A stretch of DNA of 64,000 nt from the human T2T-CHM13v2.0 reference genome, Homo sapiens. Shown here piece after piece: positions 1 through 18,273 of the stretch. Numbering within the stretch: the first letter of the stretch is position 1; every line of letters begins with the position of its first letter. The stretch is from the NCBI RefSeq assembly GCF_009914755.1, contig NC_060935.1. One strand, written 5' to 3'. The position numbers and the translations under genes are program-made. The notes under the pieces were generated by a model, which was given only the letters and a program-made list of their open reading frames with translations, was not told the DNA's origin and ran no database searches.

Positions 1-698
1 ATGTTGTGGCTGGTTTGATCTGCTATCCAGATCACTAAAACTTCCTCCATATCAGCAGTAAGGCTGTGTTTTGCTTTATCAGTCACATGTTCACAGGAAT
101 TGCACTTTTAATTTCCTTCAAGAACTTTTTCCTTGCATTCACAACTTGGCTAACTGGCACAAGAAACCTAGTTTGTAGCTTACCGTGGCTTTTGACCTGC
201 CTCCCTCACCGAGCTTAGTCATTTTTAGCTTTTGATTTAAAGTGAGAGACATGCAACTCTTCCTTTCACTTGAACACCTAGAAGCCACTGTTGGATTATT
301 AATTGGACTAATTTCTATATTGTTTGTCTCAGGGAGCAGGGAGGCCCAACAAGAGGGAGAGAGATGGGGGAACAGGCGGTCAGTGAAGCAGTCAAAACAC
401 ACACGACATTTATCGATTAAGTTTGCCATCTCATGTGAGTGCAGCCTGTGGTGCCCCCAAATGATTACAATACCAACATCAAAGATCACTGATCACACTG
501 ATATAATAATAATGCAAAGGTTTGAAATACTGTAAGAATTATCAAAATGTGGCACAGAGACAAAAAGTAAGCACATGCTATTGGGAAAATAGTGCTGATA
601 GACTAGCTCAAAACGGGGTTGCCACAAATCTTCAATTTTTATAAAACACACTATGATGTGCAATAAAGCACAGCAAAAAATAAAATGAGGTGTGCCTG
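1..698 (-). mobile_element. Tigger1 (TcMar-Tigger) DNA transposon, 5' portion (runs off window edge)
   Basis: Minus strand begins CAGGCACACCTCATTTTATT... (Tigger1 5' TIR-like) flanked by TA at 699-700. ORF 139..489 contains CSSERKSCMSLTLNQKLKMTKLGEGGRSKA, matching the Tigger1/TIGD1 transposase N-terminus; degraded. Confidence 0.85.
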
Positions 699-2271
699 TA
701 CTGAGCATCACTCTTCACAACCTCTTCAAAATGGTAACTCACCAGTGAGTGTGGTGCAACTGATGTTCTTTAACAAAAGGCTGAGCAGAGAGGCAAAAAC
801 TCCCACTTTCCTCAGAGCCCTTTTCTACAGTCAACTAGGGTGCATGGCTGTGCCTTCAGGAAAGGAGATAAGTAGAGTATTAAAAGAAGTCCTTTTGGAA
901 AAATGAACCATCTGTCTATGTTTACCATTACCACTATTTGTCCTCCAGTGGGAGCAGGGAACAATAGTGAGATATCTGTAAAACCATCTGAAATTGGTTA
1001 GAATATTTTCTACATATCCATGCCATTTTCTAGACTGAAGTCATTCTTGAATTATGCCCAGCCAAGTTGTTAAACTTTGTCTAGTAGAGATTATTAAATG
1101 AGTTCCATATGACAGCATAGCCCAAATACAATGACTGCTATGTAAAAATGTTCCAGATTTGATAATTGCACTATTAAGTTCTACTAGAGCAATTAAAATC
1201 CCATTAGGAAGTTAAAATCCCAAACAATGAAAGGAAGGAAGAAGTAAGAGGCTTGACAAAGGGGAGAAATATGTCTCTTCCCATTCTGATGAACGGGGGT
1301 AAATGGAGTAGAGACAAGAAAGGGAAGAATATGATGTAATCAACCTGACCTGGGGCTGCGAAGCCTCAGAGAAGGAAGCAGCAGCGCCAAGGGCAAAGAG
1401 GCTTTTGCCTTTTCCCTACTGGGACTGTGGAAGGAAGCTGTTCTGTAGCACGGATGGACTAACTGTGGTCCCAACAGCATTAAGAGAGCAGAGCAGCATG
1501 GTCAGGAAGAGGTGTCTCTTAATCCCTATATGGCGTAGATACTGACTAGAGAGGCTTTAGGCCCACAGGAGTATGAGGCAGAGAATCACTGGGGTTTCCA
1601 GCACCAAAGAGAGTTGTTGAGAGAGGGCCAAACTGGGGGGAGTGGGGAGGAACAGGGGGCACAAGACCACAAATTCATCAGCTTTAGAGGCAAATGTTGG
1701 CAGAATGCCCAGGTATGAAACTGAGCCAACTACCCAGAGGATTCCAACTTGTGCACAACCAAAGCCAGTGTTAGGCTTGAGGATCCCTTCAGTCTAACAT
1801 CAAAAGGTCACATAAGCCCTCCTCTCTATACCCAGATGCCACTTTAGAGAGGAGCAGCATTAGAATGGGAGGAATTTAAAATTCTGAGCATTTATTTCAA
1901 AGAGAATAAATGAAACCTAATGAAATGAAACCAAATTTATTTCCAGCCTCTTCCACTACCCAGTGAAGAGGAAGGAGTAAGATTTGTGAGGAAAATCAGA
2001 TCAGTAATTGAGAAAAAAGCTACATTTTATTTATGTATCCAACTTTGTAAGAAAAATTGTGATCCTGCTCTGTATACTACATAGACTAATAATCCAAAAA
2101 CGAAAAAAATCTGACTAGCACTCTGCAGCTCACCTAAAAACTCATTTAGTTTTGCAGCTTTACAGTCTAATTTGAAATTTATATTCAGAACAGGATAAAT
2201 GGGGGAAATGTCTGAAATATTAAAAAATGACAGTTTCATACACTAATGCTTATGAAGCCCTAGTATCTGTA

Positions 2272-2410
2272 AAATAGGTACTATTATTATTCCATTTTAT
2301 AGATGAGGAAACTGAGACACACATTCAGTAAACTGCCCAAGGTCACACGGCCAGAAAATGGTAGAACCTGTTTTGGAACCCAGGCATTTGTCTCCAGAAT
2401 CCATGATCTC
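2272..2410 (-). mobile_element. MIR SINE
   Basis: Core ATTTTATAGATGAGGAAACTGAG...TGCCCAAGGTCACAC...GAACCCAGGC. Confidence 0.75.
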
Positions 2411-2610
2411 TACAGCATTCTGTTGCCTCTGTCATACCAAGATTTAGTGAGATAGCGGAAAACAAGAATCCTCAAGCATTGTTGGCAGATGCGGAAACTG
2501 GTGTAGTTACTCTGGGGAGCAATCTGACAGCACTTAGTAAAATTAAGTATACTCTGTTCTACCAATTCCACTCTCAGGTTTATGTCTCAGATGGTCACAC
2601 ACAAAATGAG

Positions 2611-2896
2611 CTGAGACTTTGAGAGGCTGAGGTGGGAGGATAGCTTGAGCCCAGGAGTTCAAGACCAGCCTGGACACCATAGACAGAATCTCTCTCTGTA
2701 AAAAATTTGAAAAATTAGCTCGGTGTGGTAGTGTACACCTGTGGTCTCAGCTACACAGGAGGCTGAGGTGGGATAATTGCTTGAGCCCAGGGGGTGGAGG
2801 CTGCAGTAAACTGTGATTACACTACTTCACCACTGCACTCCAAACTTGGTGACAAGGTAAGACTATGTCACAAAAAAAAAAAAAAAAAAAAAAAAA
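2611..2896 (+). mobile_element. AluJ-like SINE, slightly 5' truncated
   Basis: GAGGATAGCTTGAGCCCAGGAGTTCAAGACCAGCC, right arm, A-tail. Confidence 0.85.
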
Positions 2897-2968
2897 GGAA
2901 AGAGAGAGAAAGAGAAAGTGAAGGAAGGAAGGAAGGAAGGGAGGGAGGGAGGGAGGGAGGGAGGAAGA
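2897..2968 (+). repeat. Polypurine (GA/GGAA/GGGA)n simple repeat from Alu tail
   Basis: gaaggaaggaaggaaggaagggagggagggagggagggagggagg directly visible. Confidence 0.9.
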
Positions 2969-4020
<1,052 letters not shown>

Positions 4021-6220
4021 TTCTGTGGCCAGGTGGCACACAGAGAGAATCTGTGCACTTGCTGGAAGGAGAGCAGAGTGATTGTGGGACTTTGCATTGG
4101 AACTCAGTGCTGCCTATCTGGGTGGAAAACAGCAAAAACAGAATCCAGCCAGTGCCCACGAAGGGAGAATTTAGACCAGCCCCAGCCAGAGGGGAAATGT
4201 CCATTCCGGTGGCTGGAACCTGAGTTCTGGCAAGCCCCATGACCATAGGCTAAAGTGCCCTGGTGTCCTAAATAAACTTGAAAGGCAGTCTAGGCCACAG
4301 GGACTGCAATTTCTGGGCAAGTACTGGTGCTGTGCTGGGCTTGGAGCCAGTGGACTTGGGGTGTACATGACCTAGTGAGACACCAGCTGAGGCAACCAAA
4401 GGACTGCTTGCATTACCTGTCCCCCAACCACAGGCAGTGCAGTTTGCAGCTCTGGGAGAGACTCTTTCCTTCCACTTAAGGAGAGGAGAGGGGAAAGTAA
4501 AGAGAACTCTGTTTTGCAACTTGAACACTAGCTCAGCCACAGTAGAACAGAGCACGAGCAGGAGTCCTGAGACCCCCATTTCAGGTCCTATCTTCTACAA
4601 GATAGACACACCCTGGGCCAGAAGGGAACCCACGTCCTTCATGGGAAGGACTCAGTCCTGGAAGGATTCATCACCTGCTGACTAAAGAGCTCTTGGGCCT
4701 TGAATAAACCTCAGTGGTTGTCAGGCAGTACTTACCCAGGGGCCTTCAGTGAGACCCAGTGCTGTGAGGGCTTCAGGGGTGACCCAACACATTCCTAGCT
4801 GTGGTGGCCATGGGGAGATACTCCTACTGCTTGAAGAAAGGAGAGGGAAGAATAATGGGGACTTTGTCTTGCGACTTGGGTACAGCTTGGCCAAGGTGAG
4901 GTAGAGTACTAAGTGGGTTCCCTGGGGTTCCTGATTCCAGGCCTTGGTTCCTGGGTGCATTTCTTGACCTGCCCTGGACCAGAGGGGAGTCTATTGCCCT
5001 GCAGGGAGACATCCAGGCTTAGCAGCATTCACCACAAGCTGACTGAAGAGCCATTGGACCTTGAATGAACAACGGTGTTAGCCACGCAATACTTGCTGCA
5101 GGCTTGAAGTAGTGGTGGCCATAGGGAGAGGGTCCTTCTGCTTCAGGAAAGGAAAGGAAAGAGTGGGAAGGACTTGTCTTACGGCTTGTGTGCCAGCTCA
5201 GCCACAGTAGAATAGGCCACCAAGTATATTACTAAGGTTCCTGACTTCAGGCCCCAGCTATTGGATGGTATTTCTGGACTGAGGGGTAGCTTGCTACCCT
5301 GAAGGGAAGGCAACAAGCCTGGCTAGATGCACCACCTGCTGACTGTAGAGACCTTGGGCCTTGAGGGAACATCAGCGGTAACCAGGCAGTAGTCACTACA
5401 GGCCTTGGGCAAGACCCAGTGCTGTGCTGGCTTCAGGTGTAACCCAGCATAATCACAGTGATGGTGGCTATAGGGGTGCTTGTGTCACCTCTTCTCCAGC
5501 TCCAAGCAGCTCAGCACAGACAGACAGACTTTGTTTGTTTGGGGGAAATTAAGAGAAGAGAACAAGAGTCTCTGCCTCATAATCAAGGGAATGCTCATGA
5601 ATCTTACCCAACACCATCAAAGTGCTACCTCTATGAATCTACAAGAGCCACAGCAATTACTGGGCTGGGGGTTCTCACTAATGCAGATATGGCTGCAGTG
5701 ACCAAAGACTTAGATCACAACACTAAATTCTCTTTGAATATTTGGATTGCATTCCAAAGAAGGATGGTTATAAATAAACCCAGACTGCAAAGAGTACAAA
5801 TACCTAATTCTTCAATGCCCAGACACTGATGGACATCCATAAGCATCAAGACCATCCAGGAAAACATGGCATCACTGAACAAAGTAAATAAGGCACTAGT
5901 GACAAATCCTGGAGTAACAGAGATGTGTGACCTTTTGGACAGAGAATTCAAAACAGCTTGTTTTGAGAAAGCTAAAAAAAAAAATTCAAGATAACACAAA
6001 GAAGGAATTCAGAATCCTATCAGATAAATTTAACAAAGAGAGTAAAATAATTTAAAAGGATCAAGCAGAAATCCTGGAGCTGAAAAATTCTATTGACATA
6101 CTGAAGAATGCAATGGAGTCTTTCAACAGCAGAATGGATCAAGCAGTAGAAAGAATTAGTGAGCTTGAAGATAGGCTATTTGAAAATACACAGAGGAAAC
6201 AAAAGAAAAAAAATTTAAAA

Positions 6221-6541
<321 letters not shown>

Positions 6542-9500
6542 TCACCTTCACAAAAAGGAAGATGGATGGACAGATGGAAGAAAGGATCACAAAACAACCA
6601 GAAAACAAATAACAAAATGACAGGAGTAAGTCCTTACTTATCAATAATAACATTGAATGTAAATGCACTAAAATCTCCAATCAAAAGATATAGAATGGCT
6701 GAACAGATGAAAAAACAAGACCCAATAATCTTTTTCCTGTAAGAAACACCCTTCACCTATAAAGACACACATAGACTAAAAATAAACAAATACAAAATGA
6801 TATTCAATGCAAATTGAAACCAAAAAAGAGCAGGAGTAGCTATATTTGCATCAGACAAAACAGATTTCAAGACAAAGAAGGTCATTACATAATGATAAAG
6901 GGGTAAATTCAGCAAGAGGATATAATAATTGTAAACATATATGCACCCAACACTGGAGCACCCAGATATATAAAGCAAATATCTTTAGAACTAAAGAGAG
7001 AGATAGGCCCCAATACAATAACAGCTGAAGACTTAATTACCCCACTTTCAGCATTAGACAGGTCATCCAGACAGAAAATCAACAAAGAAATGTCAGATTT
7101 AATCTGCACTATAGAGTAAATGGATCTTACAGATATTTACAGAACATTTCATCCAATGGCTGAAGGATACATATTATATTCTTCCCCTCAACACGTGTTA
7201 TTTTCAATGATAAACCATATATTAGGCCATAAAACAAGCCTTAAACATTTCAAAAATATGTGAAAAATATCAAGTATCTTCCTTGACCACAATGGAATAA
7301 AATCAATAATAGGAGGAACTTTGGAAACTATATGAACACATGGAAATTAAATAATATGCTTAATGGCCAGTGGATCAACAAATAAGAAAAAAAATTTAAA
7401 AATATTTGAAACAAATGAAAATGGAAATACGACAGACCAAAATCTACGGGATATAACAAAAGCAGTACTGAGGAAAGTTTATAGCAATAAGCACCTAATC
7501 AAAAAAGTAGAAAAACTTCAAATGAACAACCTAATGATGCATCTTCAAGAACTAGAAAAGCAAAAGCAAACCAAACGGAAAATTAAAAGAAGACATAACA
7601 AATATCAAGCAGAAATAAGTGAGATTCAATTTTTAAAAATACAAAGGATCAATAAAATGAACAGGTTTTTTGAAAAGATAAAGTCAACAAACCTTTAGCC
7701 AGACTAAGAATAAAAGAGAGAAGACCCAAACAAAATCAGATGAAAAAGGAGTCATTACAACTGATACCACAGAAATTCAAAGGATCATCAGAGACTATGA
7801 GCAACTAAATGCCAATAAACTGGAAAAGCTGGAAGACATAAATTCCTAGACATATGCAACTTACTAAGATTAAACCATGAAGAAATCCAAAACCTAAATA
7901 GACCAATAACAAGTAATGAGATCAAAGCCATAATAAAAAAGTCTTCCAGCTAAGAAAAGCACAGGACCCAACAGCTGCACTGACTAATTTTATGATACAT
8001 TTAAAGAACTAATATGAACCCTACTCAGACTATTCAAAAAAAAAAATAGAGGAGGGAGTACTTTGAAACTCATTCTGTGAGCCAGCGTTACCCTGATAGC
8101 AAAACCAGACAAAGACACATCAAAAAAAGGAAACTATATCACTGATGAACATTTATGCAAAAATCCTCAATAAAATACTAGGAAACCTAATTCAACACCC
8201 CATTAAAAAGATCATTCATCATGGCCAAGAGGGATTTATCCCAGGAATGCAAGGATGGTTCAACATATGCAAATCAATCAATGTGATGTATCATATCAAC
8301 AGAATGAAGACCAAAAACCATATGATCATTTTAATTGATGCTTTTAAAACATTTGATAACACTCAACATCCTTTTATGATTTAAAAAAGCCCTCCAAAAA
8401 CTGGGTATAGAAGGAACATACCTCAACATAATAAAAGCCATATATTACAGGCCCACAGCTAATATACTGAATGGGGAAAAACTGAAAACTTTTCCTCTAA
8501 GATCTGGAACTAGACAGGGATGCCCATTTTCACTACTGTCATTCAACATAGTAATAGAAGTCCTACCTAGAGTAATCAGACAGGAGAAAAAAAAATAAAT
8601 GGCATCCAAGTTGGAAAGGAAGAAGCCAAATTATCCATATTTGCAGATTATATTATCTTTTATTTGGAAAAACCTAAAGGCTCCACCAAAAGCTATTAGA
8701 ACTGATAAACAAATTCAGTAAAATTGCAGAATGTAAAATCAACATACAAAAATCAGTAGCATTTCTATATGCCAACAACAAACAATCTGATAAAGAAATC
8801 AAGAAAGTAATCCCATTTACAATAGCAACAAATAAAATAAGATACCTAGGAATAAACTTAACCAAACAAGTGAGAGACCTCTATAATGAAAACTATAAAA
8901 CATTGATGCAAGAAACTGAAGAGGACACAGACAAAAAATTGATAGATATTCCATGTTCATGGATTGGAAGAACTGATATTGTTAAAATGTCCGTACTATC
9001 CAAAGCAATCTACAGATTCACTGCAATCCCTATCGAAATACCAGTGACATTCTTCACAGAAATCGAAAAAATAATCTTAAAATTCATATAGAAGCACAAA
9101 AGACCCAGAAGAGACAAAGCCATCCTGAGCAAAAGAACAAAACTGAAGGAATCATATTACCTGTCTTCAGATTATACTACAGAGCTATAATAACCAAAAC
9201 AGCATGGTACTGCCAAAAAAACAGACACATAGACCAATGGAACAGCATACAGAACCCAGAAATAAATCCATACATCTACAGTAAACTCATTTTTGACAAA
9301 AGTGCCAAGAACATACGTTGGGGAAAGGACGGTCTCTTCAATAAATGGTGCTGGGAAAATAGGATATACATATGCAAAAGAATCAAACTAGGCTCCTCTC
9401 TCTTGCCATATATAAAAATCAAATCAAAATAGATTAAAGACTTAGATCTGAGACCTCAAACTATGAAACTAATGAAAGAAAACCTTGGGGAAACCCTCCA

Positions 9501-9715
9501 AGACATTGATCTTGGCAAAGATTTCTTGAGTAATACCCCAAAAGCACAAGCAATCAAAGCAAAAATGGACAAATGGGATCACATCAAGTTAAAAAGCTTC
9601 TGCACAGTAAAAGAAACAATCAACAAAGTGAAAAGACAAACCACGGAATGGGAAAAAATATTTGCAAACTATCCATCTGACAAAGGATTAATAATCAGAA
9701 TACATAAGGAGCTCA

Positions 9716-10370
<655 letters not shown>

Positions 10371-10989
10371 CTAATAATCTGATTTTAAAAACAGGCAAAA
10401 AATCTTAATAGACATTTCTCAAAAGAAGAGATACAAATGGCAAACAGGTAAATGAAAAGGTGTTCAGCATCATTAATCATCAGATAAATGCAAATCAAAA
10501 CTACAATGAGATATCATCTCACCTCAGTTAAAATGGCTTTTATCCAAAAGACAGGCAGTAATGAATGCTGGTGACGATGGGGAGAAAATAAACTTTTGTA
10601 CAGTGTTGGGGGGAATGTTAATTAATACAAGCATTGTGGAGAACAGTATGGAGGTTCCACAAAAAACTGAATAAAGAACTACCATATGATCCAGAAATCT
10701 CACTGCTAGGTATATACTCCTCTCCCCAAAAAAGACAAATCAGTATATAGAAAAGGTATCTACACTCCCCTGTTTATTGCAGCACTATTTACAATAGCCA
10801 AGATACAGAAGCAACCTAAGTGTCCATCAACAGACGAATAGATAAAGAAAATGTGGCACATATACAGATTGAAATACTATATTCAGCTATAGGAAAGAAT
10901 GAGATCCTGTCACTTGCAACAACATGGATGGAACTGGAGGACAGATATTAAGTGATATAAGCCAGGCACAGAAAGACAAACTTTGCACG

Positions 10990-12410
10990 TGATGGCAGCG
11001 GCAGGCCGTCTGGAGCGGCCGCTGCCATCCCTCTGGCTGCACAGGGAGGCACAGCCAGGGCTGCATGCTCCATGGAGCCGGCGGAAGCTCCCCTGGTGCT
11101 GTTGCACAGCTGTGGACCCAGGCATCCCTGTGCTCTCGGGACCAGGAGCAGGCGGGAGCCCCGCCCTCCTGGGCACAGCTGCAGCCACTCAAACCAAGGC
11201 TATAGATCTGGGCCTCCCGCTACAAAGAGCAGGCGGGAGCCCTGGTCTCCATGCGTGGCTTCTCCCTGCTGTCGGCACTTCTCCGATCTCACAGCACAGT
11301 CGGGGCCGAGCCCAGGCATTGTTATGTCATGGCCCGGCCGGGTGTGCACATGCTCAGGGCAGGGCTGCCACGCCAGCCTCCTGCTGCCTCGGCTCCCTCT
11401 GGGCTTTGGGCACCAATGAGCATAGGAGGGAAGCTGAGGGAGGGGCTGAGAGGAGGCAGACAGGTTCCTGGGCATAAGGGGGTAGGTCTTGGGTGAGGCC
11501 CCACCTTCAGGCCAGGGAGGGCCTGAAGGCTGGGGTCTGGGTTTCCAGTACCACTGACAGGAGTGGGAACTCGTGGCACTTTTCCCAGCCAGCCATGGCC
11601 GCCATGGACCAATTGGGGGGCACCTCTCTGCTGAGAGCTGAACATTTGTTGGGATGACTGGCCTAGTGGAGAGGAGCTACCCTCTCTGCTAGGAGCTGAA
11701 TACTTGTTGGGATACCCCGGCTACAGAAAGGAGCTGCCCCCTGCGGGGTTCTTCTGAGCTGTTCTATTGCTCAATAAACCTCCCCTTTGTCTTGCTCGCT
11801 CTCCACTTGTCTGCATACCTCATTCTTCCTGGTCGCAGGACAAAAACTCGGGACCCACCAAAGGGCGAGGCTAAAAGAGCTGTAACACAAACAGTGCTGA
11901 GACATGCCCCTTGCCCACCACATTGGGGGCAAAGAGAAGGAAAGAAGAGCTGCAGCCCTTCAAAGAGCCCAGATCTGGGAGCTCCCCAAGCCAGGGCTGT
12001 GACCCCCTCTCTGGGACCCTGCAATTCCTGGTGTCTCCAAGTTTATGGGCACCAATGTGTTCCCTGGTGCCAGCCGTGGAAGCTGCTTGCCATGCACCTG
12101 GTCTGGCTGCAGACTCGCAGAGAGCTGGCACCTGTGCTGGCAACTGGAGCTGCTCGCCTTGCTGCAGCAGCCAGCATGCCCAACTGTGTGCAGTAGCCAG
12201 ACCCTGTGTTTGCTCACACTCTCCTTGCCATTCCATGCCTGACTTGCTCTTGGCAGGCATGGGACCCAGGCCAGTAGAGTGAGCCAAGCACAGCCTGCCA
12301 GGCTGAGTGGGTGAAATGAGCCCAGCGGGCCCGAGCAAAACTTGGGCAAAGAAGCTACCGGCCACAAAGGTTTCTGGACAGAAAAACAACACCCCAAAGA
12401 CCCCGTAACA
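10990..12410 (+). mobile_element. Solo ERV1 LTR, MER52-like, nested in the L1 3' region
   Basis: Starts TGATGGCAGCGGCAGGCCGTCTGGAGCGGCCGCTGCCA and ends ...GACCCCGTAACA (TG...CA). AATAAA at 11773-11778. GC-rich. L1 sequence resumes in register on both sides; degenerate 4-bp TSD CACG/TATG. Confidence 0.85.
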
Positions 12411-13399
12411 TATGGTCTCGCTCATTTGCGGGAGCTAAAAATTAAAACAATTGAACTCATGGAGATAAAGAGTAGAAAAATGGGAAAGATAGTGGTGGTC
12501 AGTGTGGGAGGTGGGCAGACAAATGAGGATAATGGGTACAAAAATATATTCATAGTTAGAATGATAAGATCTAGTATTTGATAGCACAACAGGGTGATTA
12601 CAGTCAACAAAAATTTATTGTACATTTTAAAATAACTAAAGGAGTATGATTGGAATGTTTGTAATACAAAGAAAAAAGGATAAATGCTTGGTGTGATGGA
12701 TACTCCATCTACCCTGATGTGATTACTATGCATTGTATGTCTGTAATAAAATATCTCATGTACCCCATAAATATATTCACGTACTACATACTCATAAAAA
12801 TTAAAAAGAAAGTAGACATTGGAAGAAGTAAGGAATAACATAAGGAATAGGAAATGGGTGCATCCAGGTTATGAAGCACTGCATTGGGAAATAGTTTGTT
12901 TCATTTGTTCTTTTGCTTTTATTAGACATTCTCAGCAACCGAAAGTGCTATAGATCAATTGGGGTTACTTCATTGAAAAGTTTTCCCATGACAATCTCAG
13001 ACACTGCTGATGAGAATTTAAATCTGTTCAACAAGTCTGGAAGGCAATTTAGCAACACATATAAAAAAAACTTTTAAATTGTACATTGCCCTTGACCTAG
13101 TAAATCCCCCTATAAGATTATTTTCCCTAAAGAATTGATTTTTAAAAAGTCGTTAAACATGTATATATAGAGGATGTTGATTGCAGAGAACATGAACATT
13201 TACAAAAATCAGAGAAAACAAATATCCAATAATACAGTACTAGTTAGATTATAATATATCCAAATAAAGGGATATGGAGCAGCCATTCTAAAAACAACAT
13301 TCATATTTGTAGATTATGACATGATTATTGTTCTAGTCTTTTAAAATGCTTTAATAAATGTGTACCCATTCAGTTCAGTTGATTAATTAAAAGTTATAG

Positions 13400-16225
<2,826 letters not shown>

Positions 16226-16827
16226 AGACTATGCATAAGAAAATTTAAGGACCCAAGTCTGGCAATAACATACATTAGTTTCACTACCATCCAACTGGTT
16301 AGACTCAATCACATGGCCACCCTTAACTATAAGGGAAGCTGGAAAATACAATCCAGCTGATTTCCCAGGAAGAAAATGGGTGTTAGAAACAGCTGGCAAG
16401 TCTCTGCCACAACATACATACACCAAAACCACCATATATATTGCCAAAGACACATATGTGTCTAGGGACATATAACGAATGCACTGTGGGGGAACACAAG
16501 AGGAACTGAAGTGCAAATCAGGAATGAAGGGAACAAATAAAAGAACAGGAGGGGGGCCTTTCATGGACTGATCCTAACATAGTGTCATGAACTTAGGAGG
16601 AGGATTAACTCAATTCTCATTAATTGAGAATTCTCATTAATCTATGTACCAAGAGCAAGAGAAAAGCCCAATAGCAGTGGTGCCAGCAGTGCCATCCTTA
16701 CCAGACTGATTCTAACATATTACCTTAGTTTTTGCAGTGGTTCATCCTCTGTTGATTCCTATCTGTTTCATGCCTCACCTCCAGACTTCACAGTTCTGTG
16801 AATTACTTATTGCTATCCTTCCAATAA

Positions 16828-17123
16828 TTTTTCTTTCTTTTTTTTTTTTGAGACTGAGTCTTGCTCCATCGCCCAGGCTGGAGTACAGTGCTGCGATCTC
16901 GGCTCACTGCAATGTCCACCTCCTGGGGTCAAGCAATTCTCTTGCCTTAGCCTCCTGATTACAGGTGTGCGCCATCAGAGCTCAGCTAATTTTTGTATTT
17001 TTAGTAGAGATGGGGTTTCACCGTGTTGGTCAGCTGGTCTTGAACTCCTGACCTTGTGATCCGCCCACCTTGGCCTCCCACAGTGCTGGGATTACAGGCA
17101 GGCATGAGCCACCATGCCCGGCC
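16828..17123 (-). mobile_element. AluS SINE with small internal deletion
   Basis: Antisense dimer; the GTAGCTGGG segment is missing at ~16957. Confidence 0.88.
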
Positions 17124-17574
17124 AATTTTTCTTCTTAACCACAGTTTATTGTAGTCAAACTTATACTATTACAGAGTAGATTTATTTTACCTGTTGAATG
17201 TCCAGTCCGAGGTTGAACTTTATCCATTACAGTAGGCATCCTTATTTTGTTCTTGGCTTCAATGGGAATGCTGCAGGTTTTCAAAGCTGGAAAGCTGTTG
17301 CAGAAAGCCCAATATGTACATAAACTTGCTTTCCAGCAGCAACAACCAAAACAGCAGAAAGACAGCCTTTACCTCCCAAATCTCAAATGAAGAAATCTAA
17401 TTGGTGGAACTGATCTTGTACTCAGAACCCTAGCTTCAAGGGTTTTAATTTCTCCAGGTAGCAAAGAATTTGAGGCAACCAGGTGAATGGATAAATTTAC
17501 TATGGTGGATGCATACTATGGAATACTCCTGCAGCTGATGGAAGCAACAAACTAGATTAACAGCTACATGGAAT

Positions 17575-18273
17575 ACACTGGTTATTTACCTATTTTTTTT
17601 CAGCTGCTAGCCTTTCCATCTCTCCCCCTGCAACTCCCCCAATTCTCTCCTCTACCCACCCCCACCCCCACATTCTGGCTGTGTTGCTGTAGCTGGGGTT
17701 CTACAAACATTTCCCAGACCCCATTGCCAAATTTCCTGTTAGGGTCTGCCAATGGGATACCCTAAAGGAACCCTTAAAGATAGGAGAGACTTCATTCCTG
17801 TTTTCCAGTTGTCACATGATCTCAGCTGCAGACATCTGGCTTCTACTAGCTAGTTCTGCACTCAACATCAGCTTTGCCACACTTCTCAGAGATATTTGCA
17901 GCAGTCTGACTACCCACTTGGCAGTCTGAGATCAGTCATCCCTTGCTTTCCCACCCTCAGGGCCATGCCTTTCCTCAGAGGTATAAGCACCAAGATACCT
18001 GGAGGGAGCTTCTCCCATAAAAGTCAGTATCAGTCAAAGAAGGCCCCTTCTCTGAGCTCCTAGTTTCTGGTAATCACATCACCTCTTCCCTTTTGTTTTC
18101 ACAGGCCTTGGAATATTCTGATTTCTGCAGTTACTAATTTTTTAGTTACAACAGCAACTTCTTTCTACTCTTTCAGTCTTCTAATACTTGTAATTAAGTC
18201 TCTGTATTAAAAGTCCTCTTCTTGAAATACTTAGTGTGGTTTCTGTTTTCCTGACTGGGTCCTGACTGATAAC
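17575..18273 (+). mobile_element. ERVL LTR, LTR33-like
   Basis: 3' end GAAATACTTAGTGTGGTTTCTGTTTTCCTGACTGGGTCCTGACTGATAACA; 5' boundary approximate. Confidence 0.6.

Noticed and set aside
139-489. TIGD1-like gene
   Set aside because: Only a short frameshifted piece of Tigger1 transposase; ordinary fossil
10887-12425. Many overlapping 80-184 aa ORFs
   Set aside because: All inside the GC-rich MER52 LTR; chance ORFs
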